A DNA stretch of 60,645 nucleotides, the filler included, from Barthelona sp. PAP020 (Eukaryota): NCBI GenBank assembly GCA_040182905.1. It is 6 parts of 6 records of this genome, joined end to end, with 100 filler letters (N's around TTAATTAATTAA, not from the genome) between each part and the next. Parts side by side here need not be neighbours in the genome. Positions count along the whole stretch, not along the records: positions 20,584 to 30,617 come from JARQWU010000412.1; positions 30,718 to 40,742 come from JARQWU010000414.1; 4 more parts are not named here. One strand, 5' to 3'. Below, piece after piece: positions 20,596 to 32,036 of the stretch (position 1 is the first letter of the stretch; every line of letters starts with the position of its first letter). A program made the position numbers and the translations under genes. The notes under the pieces are model-generated. The model worked only from the letters and a program-made list of their open reading frames with translations. It made no database searches and was not told the origin of the DNA.

Positions 20596-23500
20596 TTAAA
20601 TTGAATTTAACAAGATTAAAAGATCTTCCTCATCCATCAAATATAATACAGATGAAGGAAAAACTTCAAAAAATCCCTTTTTAACTGCTTTTACGGGATT
20701 CTTAAGTGTATCAAAATAGTCTTTTGAAATTGTTTGAAAGAAAAGAGAACTGTTGCTATAAGTGAGCTTGATAGACTTCCCATTTTCAACTATTTCAATG
20801 ATTTCTCCTTGAAGGTTTTGATAACACATTAATTGATTTTGCATGATGCTATTGAAAGAAGTTTCAGTGAATTTCTCTCCATTCAAATCCCTATCATCAT
20901 TAATAGCCTTCAAGATCAAATATAACGACAAATCAATGTGTTGAATATCTTGAAAATTAAGATCATGATTTGATAGCATCTTTAAAAATAAAGGGCTTGA
21001 TAAAACTGCTTTTAAAAAGTTATAAATGCTTGAATAATGGTAATAATAGTTCAATTTATTTATTTTACCCAAAATAAAATATGCTAATGAATGTCCAAGA
21101 TTTTCAAACTTCACTAAACCATTTTCACTGGTGTTAAGGATGAATATATCACGTTTATCAAAACCAAGTTTAGAATTTGGGGTTAAAACCAATAAATCCT
21201 TTAAACTGCTTAAATCCAACAGATCTAAGTCAATTTTGTTATTATGATAATTTTTTCTTTGAATTCTACAAATATTATGAATAAAATACGATTCTTTGTT
21301 ATGATAGGACAATGAATGTTTAAATTTGGATAAAATATTGACAATATGACTATGAGACCATTCAATAATTGAATAATTACAAATAAATGTTTCAAAAATT
21401 TGAGAAACGAAATCAATATGAATTAAAAATTCCAACCAATTTTGTAAAGTATTCAAAGAAAATCTTTGTCCTTTAGCTCCAGTAAAATTGAAATATTTAC
21501 TGGTATAATCATTGTAAATAATTACTTTTTTAGGTCTTAAAGTACAATATCTAGTTGTTTTTCCATTACCAACTAAATAATTACTGGAATTTCCACTTTC
21601 TAATTCACTTGATATAGACCTAAATCGATGGTTAGTGTATTCATTACCTTCAAAAACTAAATGATGTAAGGAACAATCATTATCAATACAGAAACTATTC
21701 AATCCAATAATAAATTCTTTTAGCAAATTATCATTCTTTACTAAAAGTTCAGTATCTTCACATATTTGTTTGAAATCTTTTAAAGCAAATAAAGAATTAA
21801 ACTTTTCATCAGTAATTTCATTAACATTCTTCTTTAATATTATTTTATTTAATAGAGGTAAAACAAAGATACGAAGACCCCAAACTTCTTCATTCATGTT
21901 CTCTTGTTCTTTATCAATAGATTTTAATTCAAATTCTATGTTTGTTTCATCGATCAATAAATATTGAGGCATTCTTTTCAAATCATTCCAACAATACAAT
22001 ATTCGTTTATCTTTGCTGAATACTTTAAACGAATATTTATCATTCAATTCACAACTATGATCAAAAATCAACAATAATCCATTTTTGAGATTGTCAAATG
22101 AAATTTTTCCATCATAAATCAAAATAGATTCACAAGGATGATTTGTTTCAACAATAAAATAATCTTGCAATAAGGGGTTTAAAGTTTGATCATATAATTG
22201 CATAATTAATTGTTTATTCATTGTTTCATCATGTAATATTCTACTAAAAGTATCTGTAATCTCTGCAAATGTCTCAAAAATGCCAGAAAAAAAGGTTTCA
22301 TGATCAACCCTTTCAAATGCTTTATTTTCGATTTTCAAAGTTTTTAACACTGTAAATAAAAGCAATTTTTGTTCAAAAAGCGTTTTATTCTTATCATTGA
22401 ATCTCCAAACATTTTGTGGTTGTTGAATAAAACACTCATTTAATCTGTCCTTAAACACTTCAATTATATTATATTGTAAAATAATATTTAAATCTAAAGT
22501 ATCCATCATTGAATCATATCCAAAAGTTTTCAAAAATTTCAAAGTTTTATCTTGATTTTTAGGATTAAATCTTAAATTAGGAGGTAAATTTGTTTCAAAA
22601 TTGTTAGAAAATGAAAGAATTTTTACAATTTTAAAAACTTTTTGATTCAATTTTTCAATAAACCTTTTATAAAATGGATAGCGTTTCTGTTGTTGATTAT
22701 TTAAAACTGATCCAAAGAAATTACATAAAATAGTGTTAAAGAATAGATCGATAGGTTTATTCAATACTTCTTTTGACTTAATTTTTAAAATCCGATTGTG
22801 ATAAACGTTTAAATAGCATTCTAATACAATCAAACTGAATTCATACGAAAATTCCATCTTTTTAGTCTGTTTAAAAGGATATATGTGAGCTTTAATCCCC
22901 CAACAATTGATATACTTATCAGAATTATTATTGAAATCATTATTGAAATTATTTTCAATAATGATTTCAATATTGGTAAAAGGAATAAAGATTCTTTTGA
23001 TAGGGAAATCATTTTGAGTGAATATTTTGAAAATTTTTGAACTTTCATTGATTATAGCATTAATTTGAATAAAACTAGAGTCATCTAAATCACAATTCTC
23101 ATCAAAATCAATAAAATATCCAAAAATGGTGTTATCTTCAGATTGAATTGCCTTTTTGAAATTTTTCTTTAAAGGATGAACAGTTTCAATTAAAATAACA
23201 TCATCATCTTTATTATTATAAAAACAAGGTTTTAAACGAAATCCTATATCAATTAGATTGATAAATTTTTCATAAATTTGATAATTATTTGCATGATTGA
23301 TAAAACAAGTTTCAAGCATATTTTTATAAATAGCTAAACCATCTTCATTAGTTCTTTCATAATAACCATCATTTGATAACATTTCAATTCCTTCAATTAT
23401 CATCACATCTTTAAATAAAGGAACAATCATATTAAAATTTAAAAATTCAAATGAATTAAACATTTGTATTAAAATAGTTTTTGATAAATGTATAGCAAAT

Positions 23501-26500
23501 GAAGATAAAAATACTAGATATTCATTCATAACCTTCTGATGATACTTCTCATAAAATTTTATATCATTTTTGTTCATTTCATACAATCCAAATTCACTAA
23601 TTAAATGCAAATCCTTATAATTACACAAACAACAATTTTCTTCTTTGATAAATTCTTTCATCTCATTATTTTTCAATTTCATATCATAAAACATAACTTT
23701 ATTGAAAGTTTTAGATATAATTCTTCCATTTTCAACATCAAAAACATCAATTGTCCATAATTCTTCAGTAATTTTGTCTTTCAAAATTCCTATTGAATAA
23801 TTAAACATCCCAATATTTGATTTAAACTTTTCAATATTACTTTTATCTTTACTTGATTCAATATCTTGAAGAATACCAACACAATCTCCAATTTTAGGTT
23901 CATGATTCAAATTTATCCTTTTTCTTTCAATTAATTCTTCAATTGTTTTTACATTATCATAATTATTTATGCTAATCAACGTAGCATTGTTCATGAGCTC
24001 ATCTTTTGAGATTATCTCAACTTTACGATTTTTTTTTTCGCTTTCATCATCCTTCAACCATAAACACTCCTCAACATGATTACCACTGTCGATTTCATCT
24101 AAAACTGCACATTCACAACTAAGAAGTGCAACCCTACACCTTTGTATTGCTTTAAACTGAAAATTCATATCTGTACATGATATTTGAGTGAAAAGACCAT
24201 GAATACCAACTTGTTTTGACAATTGTACAATAGATTCAAGGAATATTGGAAATCTTTTCGATTGTCTCAACAATTCAAAATGCACTTTGTTATTTTTCAT
24301 AAAATTACTGAAAAAATACAATCCAGACACTCGCAGATTCAATAATTGTATCAATAATTTCTTTTGATAATTATCTATGGGTAATTTTAGGTAAGAATTC
24401 TCCACATGTGAAATGAACTTCACAAAATTCATTTGTCCAGTCTTATTATAAGGTGGATAAAAGAAAATATCAAATCCATTGATTATTTGACAGACTTCAA
24501 GCAAAGTATCGAAAATTTTAAACTTTTCAATATTTTGAACAGTAAATTTGATGCTACTTTCTTCTTGTTTATTATTCATACAATCAATACTGTCATCAAA
24601 AATAAATGATCCATCAAATTGCTTGACAATGTATGATTTATCATTTATTGTTGTAACTGAATCACCTATTGATGGTTCAAATAACGGTATTGTCAATATT
24701 TGAAAAGCAACAAGGTATTTTGTTAAATTGGCCTCATGTAATCTCAATGTTAACTTAGAATTAATTTGATCGTTGCTAGAGCGATCAAAACCAATCAATT
24801 GTTCAACCACAGGTAATAATCGACTGAACTCTTTCTTTTTTTCTGCCATATTTTGTGCATCAAAGAATCTGGTAAATGAGTCATAAAAAATATCACTTAT
24901 CACTTCTTGAACACTGATAATAGATGAAGAATTCATGTACAACAACAACTTTTTACATAAAATTTCATTCCAAATGGCATGTTTTTCATGAACAGATGAA
25001 TAAAATAACTTCATCAACTTTCTTAACAAACGTATTGAACATTTACTTAAAGATTTAAAATATGACTGTGCTAGTATCTCATTAAATGAATAAGTTGGAG
25101 CAAAGACAGGGATAAAAGATAGAGGTGAGTCTTCAATTTCTTGATCTTCTTTCCTTGCACAAAAATCTTTATCAAAAGCAGAATTATACATTGTACAGCC
25201 ATAATCAAATAACAATGAAATAATTTCGTTTATTTCACTTTCATCTTCAGTTCCATAATCTGGTAGAATTATTCCTAAATTTATTTGAACAATTCTTTGA
25301 ATAGATGGTGCCCCAGTTAAGAATAAGCATAAATGAGTCCAAACCATTTTAGAATACAATTCATGATCAATATCAACAATTGGGTTGTATTTCAAAAACA
25401 AATGACAAATTTGTAAACAATTCAATAAATTCTCTGAATAAAAGATATTACAACGTTCGATCATGCCATTTTCATAAATATTTTGATTGTTGACGTTTGA
25501 TGAAAAGAAGTTTAATTTCTGTTTAAATATTTGCAATGCAGTACATTGTACATTTGACTTTATGATTTCTTCAGAAAAATTGATCAGATTGTTGACAATA
25601 AGCATACAATATTTTCTTATCAATTGTGGAGTTCTATTACAACCAAGAGATAAAGTTATATTATAATGTAAATGGAGTAGATAGAGAATATCAGCACATT
25701 CTTTATAACTTGCTTGCCAATTTATCAAACTACGGAAATATTCATCCATTTCTTGATTCTTTATTGCTTCAATATCAGGATGATTAGATAATTCTAAAGC
25801 AATCTTCCTATCAATATCTATTTTAGGTACATCAGTTTCAATAGAATAAATATCAATAATTTCTTGCAATAATTGTAAAATATTCAAGTCTTCTAATAAA
25901 AACCTTGAAAAATTACCATAACAATTTGGTAAAATCAAAAATAAAGAATTAATAACAATGGTTCTTAAACTGAATGATGAATTATACCTATTATTGTTGA
26001 CTTTAGTACTAATTGATTCTACTACTGAAAATAAGATTTCTCTCAAGATTTCTTCAAGTTTTTGTTTTGATTCTTCATCTAAATTTAATCCAAAATCAAA
26101 AGGATATGATAGATTATCATTCAATTCTAATAAAGGTAAAATCCATGTCAAATCATCAAGCTTTTGTGGAAATAATTGTTGAATTGATTTCTTTTCAGTA
26201 CACAATAAAACTAATGTCTTAGATAACATAGAAACAATTTGATAAAAATCACCATCAATTTTTTGATCTTTACCATCAACTTTTAATAATTTCAAATAAA
26301 TATTTAAACCTTTGATTCTATCATTCAAAGTAGTTTGATTATTAATTAAATAAGCTTCAATAAATGGATCAAAATCGTTTTCCAAAAGATTACAGAATAA
26401 AATTTTTGGAACTGTTTTAAACAAAACTTGAATATTACTCAAGACAGTTTCTAATTGCCTAAATTCAACAAATTCAGAAAATTCTTCATATAACATTTGT

Positions 26501-29500
26501 TTATTATTTAAAGTATCTTTAATTATAAAATTATAATCAATAAAATCCTTTGTGTTAGCAAAAGAATAACAATTTTTTAAAAACATAACTCTCATTTTCA
26601 ATTTTTCCAAAAATACTTTATGTTTTTGTGTATCAGTATTGTCATCAAATTTATTTGAGGTAAAAAATTGTCCAACATTTGTTTCAATGGAATTAATGAG
26701 TGAATCAAAAATCTTTTGAACAATTGAATCATTGAAATTTTCATTATCAATAAATTTTTCAAATTTTTTCCAAACATTAACTTTTTCAAACTTTTTAGTC
26801 TTTGTATTTCCTGGTAAATGATATAAATAGATTAAAATCAATGAAATTTTAGATAAAAATATGAAAAACTTTATAATTTTGGAATTATTCATAATTATAA
26901 AAGTTTCATTCACAAAACTACAAATTTTGATAAAAAAATGTAATTTTGAATTATCTTCAAAATTGTTGAATAAATATTCAATCAAAGATCCTAAATTTAA
27001 CAAACCAAGTGTTTTTTTTTCCAAACAAAATTCAGAAAATTCAAAACACTTTGCTAACACTTTGAATAAATAATGAATATCAAATATATCTTGATAAATC
27101 TCAGTATATCCAATTTCAAAAATTTCAAGCTTCTCAAAAATCTCAACCTTTTCACAAATTTGACATGAAGCAATTTCACATAATAAATCAGTAATCAAAC
27201 GAATCTGATGATTCTTACGACAAGGTATTATTTGATTATTTTCATTAAATTTCTTTCCAATAATTTCAATATTCACATCACTTTTATTCTTAGTTAATTC
27301 ATTTTGATTGTTGAAGATAATGTTAAAAGAAGAATGTAATAAACTTGTTGTCGTTGGAAAACATCCTAACTCATAACGATGTAACGGAATGTCATCAACA
27401 TAAATAGCAACATAATCTCCAGGTTGGAGAATAAAATCTGTAAAGTTTATCACATAATAATCAACATTTGGATGATCAATTACTTCAATTTGCATATTCG
27501 TGTTATTATGGATATCATTGGTGAAGATATGAGAACAAATTTGAATATCTGATTCCAAATCAATCAATTCATCACAAGTAATGGGGTGGTTAAGATCATG
27601 AGCACAATTTTCTTCATAATCATAGTAAGAGGAGAGTACACTCTTAACTTCGAAAAGAATATCCTGTAAATTATCTAAAAGTACTGGTAATTCTTTCCGT
27701 AGAACTTCAAAATTCATTTGCTTTAAAAATAACAATATCCTTAGGAGATGACGATCAAATACTTGATACACTCTGACATCATGTTCTTCAAAATCATTAA
27801 CCAATTTGTTTTGAAATTTTCCAACAAAGAATTTCAAAATTTTAATCAAAAATCCCAGACAATTGTTGATAGCTTTGAAGTTTTTGCTGGAAATTTCTTC
27901 AATGGATCTCAAAGAAGTAAATTGATCAATTAACTGCCTGAATATAATCGACTCAATGATAGGCTCATCTAACTTACAAAATAATGAAGGTAAATAAGTT
28001 GCAGGTAATTCTTGAATAATTTCTGAAAAATGGGAAGAAAATTGCAACATTAAAGTCGATAAAGAATTCAAATATGGTTGATAACCTTTTTTGAAATAAG
28101 TTTTAATGATTAAAGATGCAACAGCCGTTAATTGATCATCTGCTAGAAAGATTGGAAAGCAGTTCTTTACAGTCACAATCAATTTCGTAATAATGCTACT
28201 GGAAATCAATATGTCATATGGTTCATCAAATTTATGATCAATTAAACCAACGTATACATTCAAAATCTTCTTCACAATGATAATACTATCTTCATGAAAA
28301 GATCTATTCTGTCCAGCAAAGAAATAACAACTGCTACAAAAAAATTCAGTAATTAACAGTAATATTGCGTTGTATGACTTGCTAGAATACTGTCTACTTT
28401 TTATTACCTGATACAATTGAGAATAATCATCTGAAAAAGTTAATCCAACATAAGGAATCGTTGTATCACTGTTGTAAGGTCTGGGTTCTAACAATAAATT
28501 GTAAGCAGGGTAGTTCAAGCATAGATTTAAACTAAATAACAAACCAATATCCAATCTTACAACCTTTTTTAAAATATTTTCCAAATAAAAGTCAACAGAA
28601 GTTAAAAGAACGATAGGACTTTCATGGTTTATGTCATTAATTTGAATCAACTCAGGGATTCCCATAAAAGTATCTGAACGAGTATTTGGAAGCTGAATCG
28701 ATTCACTCTTCACTTTTATGTAATGTCTGGAACCAATAATTGGGATCAAATTCCAATCTTCTTGGTTTTTTATTTCTTCCTGTGACACTTCAATTGGATC
28801 AAATTTCTTCACTTTAAAGTCACCATCAAATTCAACATATTCATCTTGTGAATTGAATGAATATTTTAGCAGAATTTGTCTGTTTACTGTTACTATTAGT
28901 TCAAATCCCTTATTCCAACAAACATTTAATTCATCAAATGAGAATTCTGAGGAAAGAAATTCTGAATTCTCAAACGTAAATGCAAATAATGGTTCAAAAC
29001 CACTAAAAGGATCAAACATCAAAATATGATCACCAATTTTAGCATAAAAGAATCGTCCATCAGAACAAATTAAATCAATTTGCATATTTAACAACATTGG
29101 ATGTATTCTAACATCGGACATTTCCTTTCCATCAAAATTAAAGAGTTGTAATTGCTGATTATCGGTTAAAATAATTACTTTGTATCCACAGATTGTAAAT
29201 TGATCAATATTTGCATTTTCTAAACTCAAAAACTTTCCATTATATGGCAACAATTGCTCATTTAAAATGTAATAAAAAAACAACTTGCTGTAACAAGTCT
29301 CATCTCTAATCACAAGAATAGAATCACTAAATACACCATTTTTACCACTCAAATTCACATTATCTTCTTCAATATCACAAGAGAATTCAATATAATCAAA
29401 AATACCGTCTGTTTCTATCTCAGCTTTGGGTATAGTATCGTTAATCAAAGTAAATAAATTAATATCAACAATGTCAACCTCTGTACATTGTTGAGAAAAA

Positions 29501-30246
29501 TATATATATGCTTCAATAGCATCCATTTTAAATAAAAATGAAAGCAATCTTTTCAACAAGTCATAATTTGCTCCATTCAGCAAATTTCCTTGCTTTTGCC
29601 TCTTTACTAGCATATTGAAGATGTTTAAAACCGAATGCCACAATGAACGAGGAAATCTTGAAGGTATTTCAGTTAAACTATTTTCAAAAAAGATAAACAA
29701 ATTATTCATATCTTCTTCACTTCCATATTTATCAAAAACATCCAGTTGATTTCGCATAAAATCTAAAAATGAAAACCCAAAAAATATTTGATCTTGAAAA
29801 TCATGATCTTCAGGTAATAAATACAAGGGTTTCATTAACCTTAAATCATTACACTTTGAAAATGATGTTATTCTTTGTCTATTCTCAGGTAATGAAAGTT
29901 TTCCTAACTTATCTAATTTTTCACTTAATTTCATTTGCACATATATCAACCTTCCAAAAATATCATTACTTAATTGACCATTACATAAAATTTTATTATA
30001 TTCAGCAACTACTCTTTCAGAATCATTTAAGAGATATAAAAGTTCATTTTCATTTTGTATATCCTTCATATTCTTTAATTCTATGGGTAATTTGTGTAAT
30101 TCTTTGTAATGTTTCAGTAATTTATATAATATTGTGGGAGAATAAAATGCCTCACTATAGATCATCGAATCAAGCTCAAATGAATCCCAAAATTCAGTTT
30201 CTTCATCTATAAATGTATTTTTTCTCGAAATATTATTGTCATTCAT
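20596..30246 (-). CDS. Giant divergent HECT-type protein (HECTD4/ZZEF1-like CUB-like modules, HECT N-lobe only)
   Basis: 3216-aa intronless ORF. Repeated ETVHP...WGIKAHIYP and ETNHP...WGLRIFVLP modules. C-terminal LVLTPNS...FENLG...DIQHIDLSLY...EIVENGKSIKLTYSN...AVKKGFFEVFPSSVLYLMDEEDL resembles a HECT N-lobe. Confidence 0.7.
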   Translation of the reverse strand: MNDNNISRKNTFIDEETEFWDSFELDSMIYSEAFYSPTILYKLLKHYKELHKLPIELKNMKDIQNENELLYLLNDSERVVAEYNKILCNGQLSNDIFGRLIYVQMKLSEKLDKLGKLSLPENRQRITSFSKCNDLRLMKPLYLLPEDHDFQDQIFFGFSFLDFMRNQLDVFDKYGSEEDMNNLFIFFENSLTEIPSRFPRSLWHSVLNIFNMLVKRQKQGNLLNGANYDLLKRLLSFLFKMDAIEAYIYFSQQCTEVDIVDINLFTLINDTIPKAEIETDGIFDYIEFSCDIEEDNVNLSGKNGVFSDSILVIRDETCYSKLFFYYILNEQLLPYNGKFLSLENANIDQFTICGYKVIILTDNQQLQLFNFDGKEMSDVRIHPMLLNMQIDLICSDGRFFYAKIGDHILMFDPFSGFEPLFAFTFENSEFLSSEFSFDELNVCWNKGFELIVTVNRQILLKYSFNSQDEYVEFDGDFKVKKFDPIEVSQEEIKNQEDWNLIPIIGSRHYIKVKSESIQLPNTRSDTFMGIPELIQINDINHESPIVLLTSVDFYLENILKKVVRLDIGLLFSLNLCLNYPAYNLLLEPRPYNSDTTIPYVGLTFSDDYSQLYQVIKSRQYSSKSYNAILLLITEFFCSSCYFFAGQNRSFHEDSIIIVKKILNVYVGLIDHKFDEPYDILISSSIITKLIVTVKNCFPIFLADDQLTAVASLIIKTYFKKGYQPYLNSLSTLMLQFSSHFSEIIQELPATYLPSLFCKLDEPIIESIIFRQLIDQFTSLRSIEEISSKNFKAINNCLGFLIKILKFFVGKFQNKLVNDFEEHDVRVYQVFDRHLLRILLFLKQMNFEVLRKELPVLLDNLQDILFEVKSVLSSYYDYEENCAHDLNHPITCDELIDLESDIQICSHIFTNDIHNNTNMQIEVIDHPNVDYYVINFTDFILQPGDYVAIYVDDIPLHRYELGCFPTTTSLLHSSFNIIFNNQNELTKNKSDVNIEIIGKKFNENNQIIPCRKNHQIRLITDLLCEIASCQICEKVEIFEKLEIFEIGYTEIYQDIFDIHYLFKVLAKCFEFSEFCLEKKTLGLLNLGSLIEYLFNNFEDNSKLHFFIKICSFVNETFIIMNNSKIIKFFIFLSKISLILIYLYHLPGNTKTKKFEKVNVWKKFEKFIDNENFNDSIVQKIFDSLINSIETNVGQFFTSNKFDDNTDTQKHKVFLEKLKMRVMFLKNCYSFANTKDFIDYNFIIKDTLNNKQMLYEEFSEFVEFRQLETVLSNIQVLFKTVPKILFCNLLENDFDPFIEAYLINNQTTLNDRIKGLNIYLKLLKVDGKDQKIDGDFYQIVSMLSKTLVLLCTEKKSIQQLFPQKLDDLTWILPLLELNDNLSYPFDFGLNLDEESKQKLEEILREILFSVVESISTKVNNNRYNSSFSLRTIVINSLFLILPNCYGNFSRFLLEDLNILQLLQEIIDIYSIETDVPKIDIDRKIALELSNHPDIEAIKNQEMDEYFRSLINWQASYKECADILYLLHLHYNITLSLGCNRTPQLIRKYCMLIVNNLINFSEEIIKSNVQCTALQIFKQKLNFFSSNVNNQNIYENGMIERCNIFYSENLLNCLQICHLFLKYNPIVDIDHELYSKMVWTHLCLFLTGAPSIQRIVQINLGIILPDYGTEDESEINEIISLLFDYGCTMYNSAFDKDFCARKEDQEIEDSPLSFIPVFAPTYSFNEILAQSYFKSLSKCSIRLLRKLMKLFYSSVHEKHAIWNEILCKKLLLYMNSSSIISVQEVISDIFYDSFTRFFDAQNMAEKKKEFSRLLPVVEQLIGFDRSSNDQINSKLTLRLHEANLTKYLVAFQILTIPLFEPSIGDSVTTINDKSYIVKQFDGSFIFDDSIDCMNNKQEESSIKFTVQNIEKFKIFDTLLEVCQIINGFDIFFYPPYNKTGQMNFVKFISHVENSYLKLPIDNYQKKLLIQLLNLRVSGLYFFSNFMKNNKVHFELLRQSKRFPIFLESIVQLSKQVGIHGLFTQISCTDMNFQFKAIQRCRVALLSCECAVLDEIDSGNHVEECLWLKDDESEKKNRKVEIISKDELMNNATLISINNYDNVKTIEELIERKRINLNHEPKIGDCVGILQDIESSKDKSNIEKFKSNIGMFNYSIGILKDKITEELWTIDVFDVENGRIISKTFNKVMFYDMKLKNNEMKEFIKEENCCLCNYKDLHLISEFGLYEMNKNDIKFYEKYHQKVMNEYLVFLSSFAIHLSKTILIQMFNSFEFLNFNMIVPLFKDVMIIEGIEMLSNDGYYERTNEDGLAIYKNMLETCFINHANNYQIYEKFINLIDIGFRLKPCFYNNKDDDVILIETVHPLKKNFKKAIQSEDNTIFGYFIDFDENCDLDDSSFIQINAIINESSKIFKIFTQNDFPIKRIFIPFTNIEIIIENNFNNDFNNNSDKYINCWGIKAHIYPFKQTKKMEFSYEFSLIVLECYLNVYHNRILKIKSKEVLNKPIDLFFNTILCNFFGSVLNNQQQKRYPFYKRFIEKLNQKVFKIVKILSFSNNFETNLPPNLRFNPKNQDKTLKFLKTFGYDSMMDTLDLNIILQYNIIEVFKDRLNECFIQQPQNVWRFNDKNKTLFEQKLLLFTVLKTLKIENKAFERVDHETFFSGIFETFAEITDTFSRILHDETMNKQLIMQLYDQTLNPLLQDYFIVETNHPCESILIYDGKISFDNLKNGLLLIFDHSCELNDKYSFKVFSKDKRILYCWNDLKRMPQYLLIDETNIEFELKSIDKEQENMNEEVWGLRIFVLPLLNKIILKKNVNEITDEKFNSLFALKDFKQICEDTELLVKNDNLLKEFIIGLNSFCIDNDCSLHHLVFEGNEYTNHRFRSISSELESGNSSNYLVGNGKTTRYCTLRPKKVIIYNDYTSKYFNFTGAKGQRFSLNTLQNWLEFLIHIDFVSQIFETFICNYSIIEWSHSHIVNILSKFKHSLSYHNKESYFIHNICRIQRKNYHNNKIDLDLLDLSSLKDLLVLTPNSKLGFDKRDIFILNTSENGLVKFENLGHSLAYFILGKINKLNYYYHYSSIYNFLKAVLSSPLFLKMLSNHDLNFQDIQHIDLSLYLILKAINDDRDLNGEKFTETSFNSIMQNQLMCYQNLQGEIIEIVENGKSIKLTYSNSSLFFQTISKDYFDTLKNPVKAVKKGFFEVFPSSVLYLMDEEDLLILLNSI

Positions 30247-30548
30247 AATTTCATAAGAACAAATTCAATTGGACAATTTGTTGAAATTCACTTAAGAAAC
30301 ATTTATCTTAAAAAAAATCAGTATCAAAGGCTTTGTTTAGTTCATTTATATAATCAAACAATACTGAAAATAATATTTCTTCAAAATCTAATTTTTAGTT
30401 GCATAAAAATATTTCTTTAAAAATTATCTTATTTAATTTTAAGAATAACGGGTTATTATATAAGAAAAAAAAATTATTTGGGAAATATTGAAAATTTTCC
30501 AAAGAAAAATTTTTTTTCTTATTGTCTTTTTAAAGCAAAACATATATT

Positions 30549-30617
30549 ATGGCTCCCCGTGGTTTTGGTCGCAAAGGTCCTCGTCGTGCACGTCGTACAG
30601 ATAAGTGGGTTCCCACT
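30549..30617 (+). CDS. RPS2: 40S ribosomal protein S2 (uS5), 5' fragment cut by contig end
   Basis: Not in the ORF track in this frame. Manual translation MAPRGFGRKGPRRARRTDKWVPT gives an R/G-rich N-terminus followed by the WVPxT(KLGRLV) motif. High-expression codons (CGT, GGT). Confidence 0.8.
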
Positions 30618-30717
30618 NNNNNNNNNNNNNNNNNNNNNNNNNNNNNNNNNNNNNNNNNNNNTTAATTAATTAANNNNNNNNNNNNNNNNNNNNNNNNNNN
30701 NNNNNNNNNNNNNNNNN
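30618..30717. other. Artificial contig spacer
   Basis: 44 N + TTAATTAATTAA + 44 N. Confidence 0.99.
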
Positions 30718-30862
30718 CAATAAGACGTTCACGCTTTGTAAAAGCAACATAAGAAGGAGTAGTTCTGCGACCTTGATCGTTTGTAAGAATTTCAACACGA
30801 CCATTGTTCATAACACCAACACATGAGTAGGTAGTACCTAAATCAATACCAATAGCAACCAT
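30718..30862 (-). CDS. HSP70: Cytosolic-type Hsp70, 5' fragment cut by contig end
   Basis: [16 protein letters not shown]...[15 protein letters not shown]...ERLI, with no signal or targeting peptide. Confidence 0.95.
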
Positions 30863-31021
30863 AATAATTGACAAGTATGTAAAAAATAGAAGTAAAAAAA
30901 AAAATGTAAAATATTTTTTGTTAAAAAAAATTGAAAATTTTGTGAATTTTTTTAAAAACCCACAATCTCAAAGCTCCCCAAGTTTTTTTTCAATTGTTGG
31001 TTGCAGAACCCTAATAACCCT

Positions 31022-32036
31022 ATGAACAACAGTAATTGATTGCATCCTAATGGAAATGGAAGACGAATCATTCATTCTGTTGAAAGATTTGAAGAAAATC
31101 CTGTGTTTAATGGGGAATTTCCTGATGAAGAAGCTAATGTTTATTATAGCCCTGATGGACGCTTTTTTGCGGTTGCAGGATTAACTTGTGAATTATTCAG
31201 AGTCTACAACGCTGAAACACATGAAATTGTGCATGAAGGGGATTATGAAAATACTTATAGTCTTGATTTCAGTCCAGACTCCAAACTATTGGCTGTTGGT
31301 GGTTATGATCAAGCAATTCATATCATTGAGGTTGATACTTGGAGAGTAGTAAGACTGATTACTGGTATGGCTGAACATGTAAAATGTGTGTGGTTTTCAC
31401 CAGATGGCAAATTGCTTTCTATTGGTATGGATGACGGTTTCATTGCCATATACACGGTTGAAGGACAGAAGTTGCATGAATCTCGAGCTCATAAAGATTT
31501 TGTTAAATCTGTATGTATCAGCCCCGACATGAAGTACTTTGCTTCTGTCAGCCATGATGGATATTCAAAGTTGTTTTCATCGGAGACATATGAAGAGCTT
31601 CACAGGTGGAGTCATGATGGAAAATATCAGGCAACTTCTCACCCGATGCTGCTTATTGGGTGACAGGTGATGGCAATGGTATTATCAGGATATTTGATGT
31701 TGAATCTAGACAGCTAGTGGGAAAGTACAAGGTTCATGATAAGTGGGTATACTCAATCATCTTCTCCCAAGATAGTTCATTGATCTATTCTTGTTCTTCT
31801 GATGAATCATTTGATGTGATTCAAAGAGAAACAGGTCAAGTGTTGCAGAAAGTGCGTGTGGGTTTTAAGGTTTATACTATGGCCCTCAATCATAATGGAA
31901 CTCGTTTGTTATGTAGTGGTTGGAAAAAAAAACACACTAAATGTCATCATAATTTGGACAAACACCCGTTTATTTGAACCAACTCAATCAGTTGCCGTCA
32001 TGAACTCTCAAGCACCTTGTATCTTGCCAAACTGAC
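31022..32036 (+). pseudogene. Disrupted WD40-repeat gene
   Basis: ATG 31022 is followed by an in-frame TGA at 31037. Clear WD40 blades (YSPDG, FSPDS, FSPDG, ISPDM). Frameshift near 31620-31633 (the alternate frame reads NFSPDAAYWVTGDGNG), a second shift at the A-run near 31924-31932, and further stops downstream. Confidence 0.75.

Noticed and set aside
30549..30862. Apparent RPS2-Hsp70 adjacency and other cross-spacer gene clusters
   Set aside because: The genes are on different contigs separated by an artificial spacer.
31037..31039. In-frame TGA as possible selenocysteine or Trp recoding
   Set aside because: It lies in a non-catalytic position of a gene that also has two frameshifts. TGA is a normal stop elsewhere (serC, GH5) and Trp is encoded by TGG.
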